Positions 39,005 to 48,627 of a stretch of DNA of 64,000 nucleotides are shown here, piece after piece (position 1 is the stretch's first letter; each line of letters begins with the position of its first letter). This DNA comes from Spirochaetia bacterium (GTDB lineage: Bacteria > Spirochaetota > Spirochaetia > UBA9216). The stretch is taken from NCBI GenBank assembly GCA_963677925.2, contig CAXXYH010000003.1, positions 1,312,001 through 1,376,000 on the forward strand. The letters run 5' to 3'. The notes below the pieces were generated by a model that was given only the letters and a program-made list of their open reading frames with translations, was not told the DNA's origin and made no database searches. Position numbers and translations under genes: made by a program.

Positions 39005-39155
39005 CACCAATGTTTCCTGACTTATGGCATATCCGGATATCCCGAACCTTCCCATGCATGCGCACAGTGGTAAAAACGGGACTAATGCCAATTACAGTGG
39101 CGGGTCCGCGGAGGATTTTCACCTCGCTTCCATTGAAATGTACCGGTTATTCTCT
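39005..39155 (-). ncRNA. Cobalamin (AdoCbl) riboswitch
   Basis: Minus strand reads GGT..AATGGAAGCGAGGTGAAAATCCTCCGCGGACCCGCCACTGTAA...CCACTG...GGGAAGG...AAGTCAGGAAAC, i.e. the core motifs and B12 box. It sits directly upstream of a btuB/FCD/cbiZ operon. Ends approximate. Confidence 0.93.
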
Positions 39156-39191
39156 CATAAAAAGAGACTGTTATCAAGCCGGAGTATTAAT

Positions 39192-41283
39192 CTATGAGAA
39201 ATTATTAAGTCTTGACTTGCCGGCGGTTTCCGGGATTGATATTGTGTACAGAGCTTCTTTCCGGCTGTAGGAAAGTTCTGCATACAGCTGTCCGCACAGC
39301 AGACGGATAAGCTTCAGTCCCAGACTGGCTCCACTGTACTGATCGAAATCAAACCCCGGTCCGTTGTCCCTGTATTTAAATGTTATTGAACCGTCACTTC
39401 CGGCAGTTAACTGTATCCGGATTACGGAAGCCTCCAGGTCTTTAAAAGCATACTTCATGCTGTTCGTTATCAGCTCATTAAGAATAAGTCCGAGTGGAAT
39501 TGCATAATCGATATGCATCGTACAGGCCGGACATTCAATTTTTATATCAACCTTATTAGGATAAGAGCGCGTAATAAACTCTGTTAATGAAATAATGTAA
39601 TCTTTGAGATCGAGGGTTGAAAGAGAACCGCCTGCATATAGCTTGTCATGCGCACCTGCCATGGCAGTAACTCTGTGTTCGGAGGTTTTCAGAGCTTCAA
39701 CAGCATTCTCATCAGTCAATATGAATGACTGCAGTTTTAAAAGCCCGGATATGGTCTGCAGATTATTTCTAACCCTGTGATGAAGTTCGTTTAAGCAGCA
39801 TTTCCCTCTCATTCAAAGAGCTCACAAGCTGGCTTTCCGCTTCCTTATAGGCTGAAATATCCCTCAAAATGCTTATATAGGCATTTTTACCCTTATATAA
39901 AAACCCGCCTGTATTGACTTCAAAATACCTGACATCTTCGCCGCCCTTCTCCGGTTCATAAATTCTGCATGAAAGCTCCTCTCTAAGGCTTTCAGTGCCG
40001 GAATCAATTCTGTAGAAATCCGAGTTGATTTCACTGAAGATATCCCTGTGTGCTTTTTTGAAGGCAGGAAACAGGACATTGCGGTATCGTTCAGCTTTGG
40101 AATTTTCAAAAAGAATCCGGCCTTCCATACTGTGTACTACAGCGATATCCGGGATATGATTGAAAAGCGACTTAAAAAGCACTGCGGACTGCTTTCTTAA
40201 GCTAACATTAAACAGAAGAAGACCGATCAGAAACAGCAGTACTGCAAAAGAGCCGATAATAAACCAGAACAGAGGTCTGTTCTGATAATACATGGTATCA
40301 GGAACGTTAATAAGGACCGTACCAGGAGGAAAATCAGAAGGAGATATGCCGAATTTTCTCGATTCCGCATAATTCATGTAGGGAATAACGCTCGAATCAA
40401 CCTGAACACTGAGCATTTCAGCAGGCGTACCCGAAAGAACCTCTAAAGCAGTGGTACCCAGATATATACCCTGTTTTTCTGATGAGGCAACCAGCCCTCC
40501 TACACATCCGTCGGCAACATAATTATCCCAGAGAGCAAAAACGGGAGCTTTGGAGGCCTTAACAATAAGGGGATTAATAGTTTCAGGTTCAAACACAGTT
40601 CCATCAGGATCCCTGAGATAACTCAGGTTTAAAACTGCAGAATTATCAGGAATTTCAGTCAAATTCTGCAGCAGGTCCGCCTCCGGGAGTCCCTGGAGTA
40701 TGATATAGCTGAATCTTGCTGAAAATTCTTTTGACTCCAACTCAAATCTTTTTAAATTTGTTTTTCCGGTAGAAGTATTATCTACAACGACTACCACAGT
40801 GCTGATATCAAGAGGCAGAGAGCTTATCAGTTCAAGGTTTGCCGATATATCAAAGTTTTCTACGGCTCCTGTAATATGAGGTCTCTGCATCAGATTATGA
40901 GACCCCAGCAGGTTTACACCGCAGAAAATAACCGGAACCTCCGGAAAAAAATCCGCGCTGTGCTCAAGAAGAAAACGCAGTGCGTTATCATCGGAAGTCA
41001 GAAACAGGTCAAAATCTGTTTGAGCATATTTCTGAATGAGATAATTATAAAAAGCATCTGAAACAGAAACATAAGAGAACAGCTTGGTATCCAGATATTC
41101 CCTGTGGATTTTAGCAAATGGGTATTTTTCAAGAATCACGGAACTTAATGAGGCATCTATGCGCTGGGTCCACTTATGGGATGAATGATATGAGTGTATA
41201 ACTAAAATCTCGGGATTATCACGATCTGAAAAAACCGAAGACAGAGAAACCACAAACATTATCAGAAAAATCAGATACCGCAT
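39192..41283 (-). pseudogene. Sensor histidine kinase (ABC-substrate-binding-like sensor, TM, PAS, HisKA_2, HATPase) split by a 1-nt frameshift near 39790
   Basis: ORF 39769-41283 ends EREMLLK|RTSSQG*. The +1 frame continues ELHHRVRNNLQ...NELITNSMKYAF...DNGPG. The minus strand reads CTT AAA C GAA CTT CAT CAC. This is a real frameshift or a sequencing error. Confidence 0.8.
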
Positions 41284-41468
41284 TTATAAATTATAAAGAA
41301 AATTTAAAATAAACACAAAACTTGTTAAAAAAATAATTTTTTCTTGCTTTCAGGAAACAAAATCATAGAATTAACCATAGCTATCAAGAGTCACAACAGT
41401 CTCGCTGATGTATAGCAACAGTTAAGCATGACTTTTTACAACAGATTTTCAACAGGGAGAATGAAAAA

Positions 41469-43421
41469 ATGAAACTCAGAGAAAAGATACTAATTCCAAC
41501 CAGTCTTATTCTGATTCTTGGGATGTCCACCATCTCACTAATTCTGTACACCAATTTTAAAAGTGAAATCAGACGTATTATTGAGAGCGAAATGAATCAG
41601 GTTGCAGATATGCTTCTGCGTGACCTGGATTCATACCATGTCAAATCTAAAAATGATGTATCCATTTTCAGTACAAACACAGTCTTTACGGAATTCACCG
41701 GCAGCAGATCAGATGAATCGCTGGGCCGGGCTGTTTCTGAACTTAAGAAAATTAAAAACGGCAGAGAGGAGTACGAAAGCCTGGGAATTGCAGACACAAG
41801 CGGAATGATTATAGCCTGCGATAACGAGGCGCTCATAAACAAGGTTTCGATCGGTGACAGGGATTATTTTAAACTTTCCATGCAGGGAAAAACGGCTGCA
41901 GGCGCTGTCAGTATGAGCAAGGTTACGGAAAATCCGATCTTCGGCACAGCGACCCCAATCATAAACAACGGGAAGATTACAGCAGTTTTCTTTGCGGTAA
42001 TTGACCAGACATACTTCAATTCCAACTACCTTGATCATATCAAAATAGGCTCAACAGGATATGCCTTTTTAAGCGACGGGGACGGTATAATGATTGGATA
42101 CCCCGATAAAACGCAGCTGCTGAAATTTGATCTGAAAACATATGATTTCGGAAGAGAAATTGTCAGTAATAAGACAGGTATCATACATTATAAATTCAAG
42201 GGAGCAAGTAAGACAAATATTTATAAGGAAAGCGCTGAATCAGGCTGGATAATAGGTGTAACGGCCGAGGATTCAGATATTTTCAGTGTGATAACCAGGC
42301 TTCTGAGGCTCAGTATAATAATAACAGCGGTCTGTTTTGTTATCGGACTTATTGTTATTTTTCTGGTAACACGTTCGATAGTCTCACCGATACGGATTAC
42401 GGCAGGGTATGCAAACCTGCTTTCAGAAGGTGATCTTAAGATTGATTTTGACGAACGAATGCTTAGAAGGAAGGATGAAACAGGAGAGCTGGCCGGCTCC
42501 TTTAATGCGCTGATTAAAAAGCTCAACGAAATAGTGCTGGAAGTAATAGAAGCATCTGAAATTGTATCAAGGGGAAGCTCACAGCTGACCTCTACATCAG
42601 AACAGCTGTCACAGGGAGCCACTGAGCAGGCATCAATATCTGAAGAAGTCTCATCATCAATTGAAGAAATCAGCAGTTCAATTGATCAGAATAAGGATAA
42701 TGCCTATCAGACTGAAAGAATAGGAGCACAGGCCGCCGAAGATGCAGATGCCGGAGGTGCGGCTGTCAACGAAACGGTTGAGGCTATGAGAAATATTGCA
42801 GAAAAAATAAAAGTAATTGATGAAATCGCCAGACAGACCAACCTGCTCTCTCTTAACGCGGCAATAGAAGCCGCCAGAGCAGGAGAGTACGGAAAAGGCT
42901 TTGCAGTTGTAGCCGCCGAGGTGGGAAAACTTGCCGCCAACAGCCAGAAAGCTTCGACAGAGATTTTTGAAATAGCAAATGAAAGCGTTAAGAAGGCTGA
43001 ACATGCAGGGACAGTGATTTCTGAAATGATTCCAAACATAAGAAAGACGGCCGACCTTGTACAGGAAATATCAGCTACCAGCCTCGAGCAGTCAACAGGA
43101 GCTCAGCAGATAAGTACAGTAATAATGCAGCTGGATCAGGTAATTCAGACTAATGCAGCTTCCGCTGAAGAGTCTCTGGCAATGGCCGAAGAACTGTATT
43201 CTCAGGCTGAAAATCTTGGGAAGCTGATATCATTCTTTAAAATCAGAAATAATGCATCAGGGAAGAATTCCGCAGAAGGCGATAAATCACTTAATGATAA
43301 AGCTGCAGGACAGAGGAATAATGAACCAGCGAGACTGGCAGCTCCTGCAAAAAAACCGCCCGTGAAAAAGGTTAATCAGATAACGGAAGATGACGCAGAT
43401 ATGCTTTTCGAAGAATTTTAA
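41469..43421 (+). CDS. Methyl-accepting chemotaxis protein (dCache-HAMP-MA)
   Basis: Two TMs, dCache motifs DRDYF and [12 protein letters not shown] (DETGELA), [34 protein letters not shown]-terminal pentapeptide LFEEF. Confidence 0.96.
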   Translation: MKLREKILIPTSLILILGMSTISLILYTNFKSEIRRIIESEMNQVADMLLRDLDSYHVKSKNDVSIFSTNTVFTEFTGSRSDESLGRAVSELKKIKNGREEYESLGIADTSGMIIACDNEALINKVSIGDRDYFKLSMQGKTAAGAVSMSKVTENPIFGTATPIINNGKITAVFFAVIDQTYFNSNYLDHIKIGSTGYAFLSDGDGIMIGYPDKTQLLKFDLKTYDFGREIVSNKTGIIHYKFKGASKTNIYKESAESGWIIGVTAEDSDIFSVITRLLRLSIIITAVCFVIGLIVIFLVTRSIVSPIRITAGYANLLSEGDLKIDFDERMLRRKDETGELAGSFNALIKKLNEIVLEVIEASEIVSRGSSQLTSTSEQLSQGATEQASISEEVSSSIEEISSSIDQNKDNAYQTERIGAQAAEDADAGGAAVNETVEAMRNIAEKIKVIDEIARQTNLLSLNAAIEAARAGEYGKGFAVVAAEVGKLAANSQKASTEIFEIANESVKKAEHAGTVISEMIPNIRKTADLVQEISATSLEQSTGAQQISTVIMQLDQVIQTNAASAEESLAMAEELYSQAENLGKLISFFKIRNNASGKNSAEGDKSLNDKAAGQRNNEPARLAAPAKKPPVKKVNQITEDDADMLFEEF

Positions 43422-43453
43422 ATTTCTGATTTCTTTATCTGATATATAAAAAT

Positions 43454-43492
43454 TATATCCTGTGTCGTCTGTCACCAGCCGGTACAGGATAT
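43454..43492 (+). terminator. Long stem-loop after the MCP gene
   Basis: TATATCCTGTGTCG-T-CTG-TCAC-CAG-C-CGGTACAGGATATA; G-U pairs favour the + strand RNA. No strong U tract. Confidence 0.55.
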
Positions 43493-43605
43493 ATCATCAA
43501 CCGAATACATTCGATAAAAAGCTTGACAGCAGATCATGCTCATTATATTCTGTGGTACTGACACCTTGCCTGATTCTGAAATTTAACTGAAGCAGGAATA
43601 GTCAA

Positions 43606-44721
43606 ATGACCGAAAGCCTCCCCATAAAAGATATTCTCGATGTTATCGATACCGCTAAAATCTCAAACAGCAGCGGCTGTGTGAATCAGAAAATACTGGA
43701 TCTGTACAATAAAAACTTCGGAGGCGAAAGTTCCATCTATTTCCAGAAGGAAGACAGTGAACATTTCACCGATGTACTGAAAGCCAATATGGATGAGCAG
43801 TATAACAGAGACTATAAAAGCTATTACCACCGTTTTGATCCTCTTGATTTAATGGGTCTGCAGAAACATAATTTAATCGATATTGAATTAGTGGAGAATG
43901 TTGATTATTCAGGATGTGAGCGCAGTGAATATTATTCGGACTTCCTTTCCCCGCAGAAAATACATTATAAGCTGATTGTTTCATTAAAATCCGGAAAGGA
44001 ACTGCTTGGAAAAATTCTGCTTACTAAATCCAAGGAAAGCGGCAATTTCACAGCAGAGGAAATCAGTACTGCAAAAGAAATTACACCCTTTATGATACAG
44101 GCTGTTGAAATGAATAGAATGAAAGCTGAAATTGAAAACAACAACAGCCTTTTACGAATGATTGAAGATAATCTGAACAGCGGACTGATGCTGCTTGATT
44201 CATCCAAAAGGCTTATCCACATGAACAGCAGAGCAATACAGCTCTGCAAACGGCTACGGACAGATTCCTTTGAGATAAAGGGGTTTAACGACATTCATCC
44301 TCAGATAGTCAGGGATTACTCGGATATGCTTGATGAACTGAACGTCAAACATAATCCTGATCTGATTCTGCCCAGAAAGAGAATTTTCAAAAACGGAACC
44401 TCCACTTTTTCTGTCCGCTCGGATTTTATTGAAAATAATGATCTCCAGAAAAGAGGAGATTTTATACTGATCAATTTCAATGAGACTGCAAAGCATTCAG
44501 CAAAGGATAACATCAGTATTTCAGAATCCTACAGGCTGAGCAGCCGTGAAACTGAGGTAGTTAATCAGGTAATCAGAGGCCTGAGCAATTCACAGATCGC
44601 AAAAGAACTGTTTATAAGCGAAGTTACTGTAAAAAAGCACCTTCAGAATATCTTCAACAAGATGGAGGTAAGCAACCGTGCCTCCCTGATTCAGAAGATA
44701 CTGTCCGGACAGAACTCCTGA
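43606..44721 (+). CDS. LuxR-family one-component regulator (GAF/PAS-like sensor plus HTH)
   Basis: C-terminal LSSRETEVV..VIRGLSNSQIAKELFISEVTVKKHLQNIFNKMEVSNR; N-terminal YYHRFDP, SEYYSDFL; TTGACA promoter at 43523. Confidence 0.9.
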   Translation: MTESLPIKDILDVIDTAKISNSSGCVNQKILDLYNKNFGGESSIYFQKEDSEHFTDVLKANMDEQYNRDYKSYYHRFDPLDLMGLQKHNLIDIELVENVDYSGCERSEYYSDFLSPQKIHYKLIVSLKSGKELLGKILLTKSKESGNFTAEEISTAKEITPFMIQAVEMNRMKAEIENNNSLLRMIEDNLNSGLMLLDSSKRLIHMNSRAIQLCKRLRTDSFEIKGFNDIHPQIVRDYSDMLDELNVKHNPDLILPRKRIFKNGTSTFSVRSDFIENNDLQKRGDFILINFNETAKHSAKDNISISESYRLSSRETEVVNQVIRGLSNSQIAKELFISEVTVKKHLQNIFNKMEVSNRASLIQKILSGQNS

Positions 44722-44727
44722 AAAATT

Positions 44728-44770
44728 CTACTTTCGTATAGTACTCAACCTGAATTTTACTATTTAGAAT
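44728..44770 (+). promoter_or_regulatory. Possible activator-dependent promoter: CTACTTTCGTATAG site plus TAGAAT -10
   Basis: Imperfect palindrome where a -35 would be expected, and no consensus -35. Confidence 0.3.
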
Positions 44771-44813
44771 ATCCTCATAAGGGCCTTTAAATCTCATTTT
44801 CAGAAGGAATTAT

Positions 44814-45998
44814 ATGGAGACTTCTAAAACAAAGGTAAAGATCGCAATTTTCAGTTTTGCGATTCTCATGATGGGCGTAATGGGAATAGCAAGCGGGCTG
44901 TCGGAAATCGGAAAGCATTTCAGCGGAATCAGCCAGACTTCCATTCAGCTGCTCATAACCCTTCCGTGTATTGTAATAATTATTGTTAATCCGATTATCG
45001 GTAAGCTTCAGGAATATATTTCAATGAAAACACTGGTGCTCTTTGGTATACTGTGTTTTCTGGCCGGAGGAACAATCCCGGCATTCCTGAATTCATTCTC
45101 AACGATTCTAATATTAAGGGCTGTTCTCGGAATCGGAATAGGAACTGTTCAGGTTCTCTCATCAGCTCTTGTTGCGGCCAACTTTGAAGGTGATGAAAGA
45201 TCTTTTGTTATGGGACATCTTTCATCAGCGCAGATGCTCGGCTGTGCCGTTATGGTTTTTGTAAGCGGATACCTTGCAATGGCCGGCTGGAACATAACAT
45301 TTTATGTTCATCTGATTTCAGTAATATCTTTTATCTGTGTTGCAGCATTTCTTCCTGCAACCAAACCCATTAAATCCGGTGCAGCCGCATCGGCAGAAAA
45401 ACCAAAACTTACATCTGCGGCAATCGGCTGGGCAGTAACCATGATGATCTTTTTCATAGGCGGAATGATACTTGCAACCTACATGGCCTTCTTCATAACT
45501 GCCCACGAACTTGGAACTGCAGCACAGGCCGGCCAGGCAACAATGATATTTGCTGTTGGCGGTTTTCTCATGGGTTTATTTTACGGAAAGATAGCGCAGT
45601 CGGCAAAGAATGCCTCACTTGCTATAGGCCTTTTCATGGGTACGGCAGCCTTCCTTATCATTGCTTTCTCACCGAACATTATCCTGGTATACATCGGAAG
45701 CCTCTTATACGGCTGTTCAATCACAACGGTATTCGCAAGCGTAATGGTGGGCACATCAACTTCAGTCAGTCCGGTGGCTGTACCGCTGGCAATGTCAATT
45801 GTCGTGATGGGCCAGAACCTCGGTTCATTCCTCTGCCCCTATGTCATAACTCCTGTATCCGCGCTGATGAGCGAAGATGTGAATAAGTTTGCCTTTATAA
45901 GCGGAGCTATATTATTCGCAATCATGGGGCTTGCGGCACTTGCATGGGGTGTATCAAAAAATCTGAAAACCGGAAAAAGTCCGGCAGCAGCACAGTAA
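44814..45998 (+). CDS. MFS transporter
   Basis: About 12 TMs; GKLQEYISMK motif-A equivalent; LRAVLGIG.G. Confidence 0.9.
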   Translation: METSKTKVKIAIFSFAILMMGVMGIASGLSEIGKHFSGISQTSIQLLITLPCIVIIIVNPIIGKLQEYISMKTLVLFGILCFLAGGTIPAFLNSFSTILILRAVLGIGIGTVQVLSSALVAANFEGDERSFVMGHLSSAQMLGCAVMVFVSGYLAMAGWNITFYVHLISVISFICVAAFLPATKPIKSGAAASAEKPKLTSAAIGWAVTMMIFFIGGMILATYMAFFITAHELGTAAQAGQATMIFAVGGFLMGLFYGKIAQSAKNASLAIGLFMGTAAFLIIAFSPNIILVYIGSLLYGCSITTVFASVMVGTSTSVSPVAVPLAMSIVVMGQNLGSFLCPYVITPVSALMSEDVNKFAFISGAILFAIMGLAALAWGVSKNLKTGKSPAAAQ

Positions 45999-46010
45999 AG
46001 GAGAAACTCA

Positions 46011-47108
46011 ATGGATATTAAAGCAGCAGTTACCTATGAAGCAGGCAGCGACTTTGTTATTGAAACTGTTCAGATGGAAAACCCGGGTGATTATGAAGTA
46101 CTTGTAAAAATAAAAACAACCGGAATCTGTCATACAGATTTATCGGCAAGAAACCAGTATATTCCCTATCCCCTGCCCGGAGTGCTTGGACATGAGGGAG
46201 CCGGTATAGTTGAGAAGATCGGACCAAAGGTATCCAAGGTAAAACCCGGTGATCATGTAGCACTTGCATGGTTAAGCTGCGGAGTATGTGAAGCCTGCAA
46301 ATCAGGCAGGGACCCGTACTGCAGTGACTTTCTTAGGCTGAATTTCGGAGGCGTCAGAACAGACGGCTCAACATACCTCAGTAAAAACGGAAAAACCATA
46401 CATGGAAATTTTTTCGGACAGTCATCCTTCGCCAGCCATGCCCTGGCTCTTGAAAAGAATGTGGTCAAAGTTCCTAATGACGTACCTCTTGAAATCATGG
46501 GCCCTCTTGGATGCGGTGTGATGACCGGCGCAGGAGCGGTAATGAATGCACTTAAACCCTCTCCCGGCGACTCAATTGCGGTATTCGGGACCGGAACCGT
46601 GGGAATGAGTGCAATAATGGCTGCTAAAGTGATGGGATGCACAACAATCATAGCTGTTGATATAAAACCGGGAAGACTGGAGCTTGCAAAAGAATTCGGA
46701 GCAACCCATACCGTTAACCCTGCAGAAACAGACCCTGTGCAGGAGATTATCAGAATCACAGACGGCGGACCGAATTTCAGTCTTGAATGTATCGGTAATC
46801 CGGCTGTTTTCAGACAGACAACAGATGTGCTTCCCCTGCTTGGAGTTGCAGGACTTGTAGGCGTTGTTGCCCCGGGAACCGAAGTCAATCTGAACATGGA
46901 TCTGATAATGAACGGCAGAACCGTGAAAGGAATCATCGAAGGTGATGCTGTACCCGATCTTTTCATTCCGAGACTGATAGAACTCAACAGACAGGGAAAT
47001 TTCCCCTATGACAAGCTGATAAAATTCTACCCCTTTGAGGAAATAAACAAGGCGGTTGAAGATATGGAAAAGGGATTAGTTATAAAACCGGTCCTCGTGC
47101 AGAAATAA
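46011..47108 (+). CDS. Zn-dependent aryl/benzyl-alcohol dehydrogenase (XylB/AreB-like)
   Basis: GICHTD, GHEGAG, structural Zn CGVCEAC...C, FFGQSSFA, PLGCG..TGAGAV, GTGTVG. Confidence 0.87.
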   Translation: MDIKAAVTYEAGSDFVIETVQMENPGDYEVLVKIKTTGICHTDLSARNQYIPYPLPGVLGHEGAGIVEKIGPKVSKVKPGDHVALAWLSCGVCEACKSGRDPYCSDFLRLNFGGVRTDGSTYLSKNGKTIHGNFFGQSSFASHALALEKNVVKVPNDVPLEIMGPLGCGVMTGAGAVMNALKPSPGDSIAVFGTGTVGMSAIMAAKVMGCTTIIAVDIKPGRLELAKEFGATHTVNPAETDPVQEIIRITDGGPNFSLECIGNPAVFRQTTDVLPLLGVAGLVGVVAPGTEVNLNMDLIMNGRTVKGIIEGDAVPDLFIPRLIELNRQGNFPYDKLIKFYPFEEINKAVEDMEKGLVIKPVLVQK

Positions 47109-47129
47109 AAAGATTCTACGGAGAAAAAA

Positions 47130-48569
47130 ATGAACACTTATAAACTTTATATCAACGGTAAATGGGAAGATGCGGCTTCAGGACAGACATTCGATGATTT
47201 CAATCCGTACACTGGCGAACTGTATGCAAAGGTGCCGAAAAGTGATAAGGAAGATGCTGACAGGGCACTTGGTGCAGCTTATTCAGCACGAAAAGTATGG
47301 GAATCAACCCCGCCTGCTAAACGTGCGGAAGTTCTATTCAAGGCCGCCGGAATCCTATCTGAAAGTATGATGGATTTTGCTGCGGTTCTGACCGAAGAGG
47401 GCGGCGGAACCTTCGGCAAGAGTATGTTTGAAATTTCACAGACTATCGATCTGCTTTATACTGCAGGCGGCGACTGCAAAAACATACTTGGTGAAACCTT
47501 CCATTCAAATCCCGGAAAACTTTCCTATTCTATTCTCAGCCCCAAGGGAACAGTAGTCGCAATTTCTCCATGGAATTTTCCCTTAATCCTTTCAATGTAC
47601 AAAATCGCCTATTCCCTGGCAACCGGCAATACTGTGGTATTCAAGCCTGCAAGTGAAACACCTGTGCTTGGTCTAAAAATCGGTGAAATATTCGAAAAAG
47701 CCGGCTTACCCGACGGTGTACTTAATATTCTTACCGGCCCCGGCAGTGTACTTGGTGATGCGCTGATAGAGGACAGCCGAAGTTCTTTTATCACGATCAC
47801 AGGAGAAACAAATACAGGGCGTCACGTTGCAATGAAGGCCGCGGAAAACCTTAAAGGCTGCACCCTGGAACTGGGCGGCAAGAATCCTCTAATCATACTT
47901 AAGGATACTGATATCGATTATGCTGTGAACACAGCTGCCTTCGGTACCTTCATGCACCAGGGACAGATATGCATGTGTGTGGGACGGATCATCGTAGAGA
48001 AGGATATAGTTGAGGAATTCACCGCAAGGCTTGCCAAAAAGGCTGCAGCAATTCCATATGGAGATCCGAAAGCGCAGCAGACGGTTGTCGGTCCGCTTAT
48101 AAATGACAAAGCTGTGCAGAAAGTTGATCGGCTGGTTAAAGATGCGGTGGCAAAGGGAGCAAAACTCCTTTGCGGCGGTAAATTTGAAGGCAGAGTCTAT
48201 CAGCCTACAGTCCTTGGAGGAGTAACGAAGGATATGGATATTTTCAATGAAGAAACCTTCGGCCCCGTTGCATCTATAATTGAGGTCGGGAATGAAAAAG
48301 AAGCACTTAAGGTAGCCAATGACACAACCTACGGATTATCATCGGCAGTGCTGACAAAAGATATTCAGAAAGCTTTGTATCTGTCTGAAGGCCTCGAAGC
48401 CGGAATGGTTCATGTAGGTGCGTCTTCAGTCGATGCCGATGCAACCTGTCCGTTCGGCGGATGCAAATGGAGCGGTCAGGGCCGTGAAGGCGGCAGATAT
48501 TCACTTGAAGAACTGTCGGATGTAAAATGGGTCACGATAGAGAAAACGGATATGCAGTTTCCTTTCTAA
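47130..48569 (+). CDS. NAD(P)-dependent aldehyde dehydrogenase (benzaldehyde/vanillin DH-like)
   Basis: SPWNFP, KPASETP, LELGGKNP, HQGQICM, EETFGP, PFGGCK.SG.GREGG. Confidence 0.92.
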   Translation: MNTYKLYINGKWEDAASGQTFDDFNPYTGELYAKVPKSDKEDADRALGAAYSARKVWESTPPAKRAEVLFKAAGILSESMMDFAAVLTEEGGGTFGKSMFEISQTIDLLYTAGGDCKNILGETFHSNPGKLSYSILSPKGTVVAISPWNFPLILSMYKIAYSLATGNTVVFKPASETPVLGLKIGEIFEKAGLPDGVLNILTGPGSVLGDALIEDSRSSFITITGETNTGRHVAMKAAENLKGCTLELGGKNPLIILKDTDIDYAVNTAAFGTFMHQGQICMCVGRIIVEKDIVEEFTARLAKKAAAIPYGDPKAQQTVVGPLINDKAVQKVDRLVKDAVAKGAKLLCGGKFEGRVYQPTVLGGVTKDMDIFNEETFGPVASIIEVGNEKEALKVANDTTYGLSSAVLTKDIQKALYLSEGLEAGMVHVGASSVDADATCPFGGCKWSGQGREGGRYSLEELSDVKWVTIEKTDMQFPF

Positions 48570-48591
48570 GCAATATTCCCTGTTTCCCGTT

Positions 48592-48621
48592 CAGGCAGTC
48601 TTTAGAGGCTGCCTGTTTTTT
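48592..48621 (+). terminator. Rho-independent terminator
   Basis: CAGGCAGTC...GGCTGCCTG followed by a T run. Confidence 0.8.
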
Positions 48622-48627
48622 ATATCC

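Noticed and set aside
39192-39812. Stand-alone 206-aa kinase starting MRGKCCLN
   Set aside because: The N-terminal residues are out-of-frame sequence; it is the C-terminal half of the frameshifted kinase.
41375-41430. Possible c-di-GMP riboswitch in the MCP leader (GCTATCAAGAG...CTC...TATAGC weak stem)
   Set aside because: Lacks the GEMM-I GGCAAA/GNRA-receptor and GEMM-II consensus; the pairing is weak.
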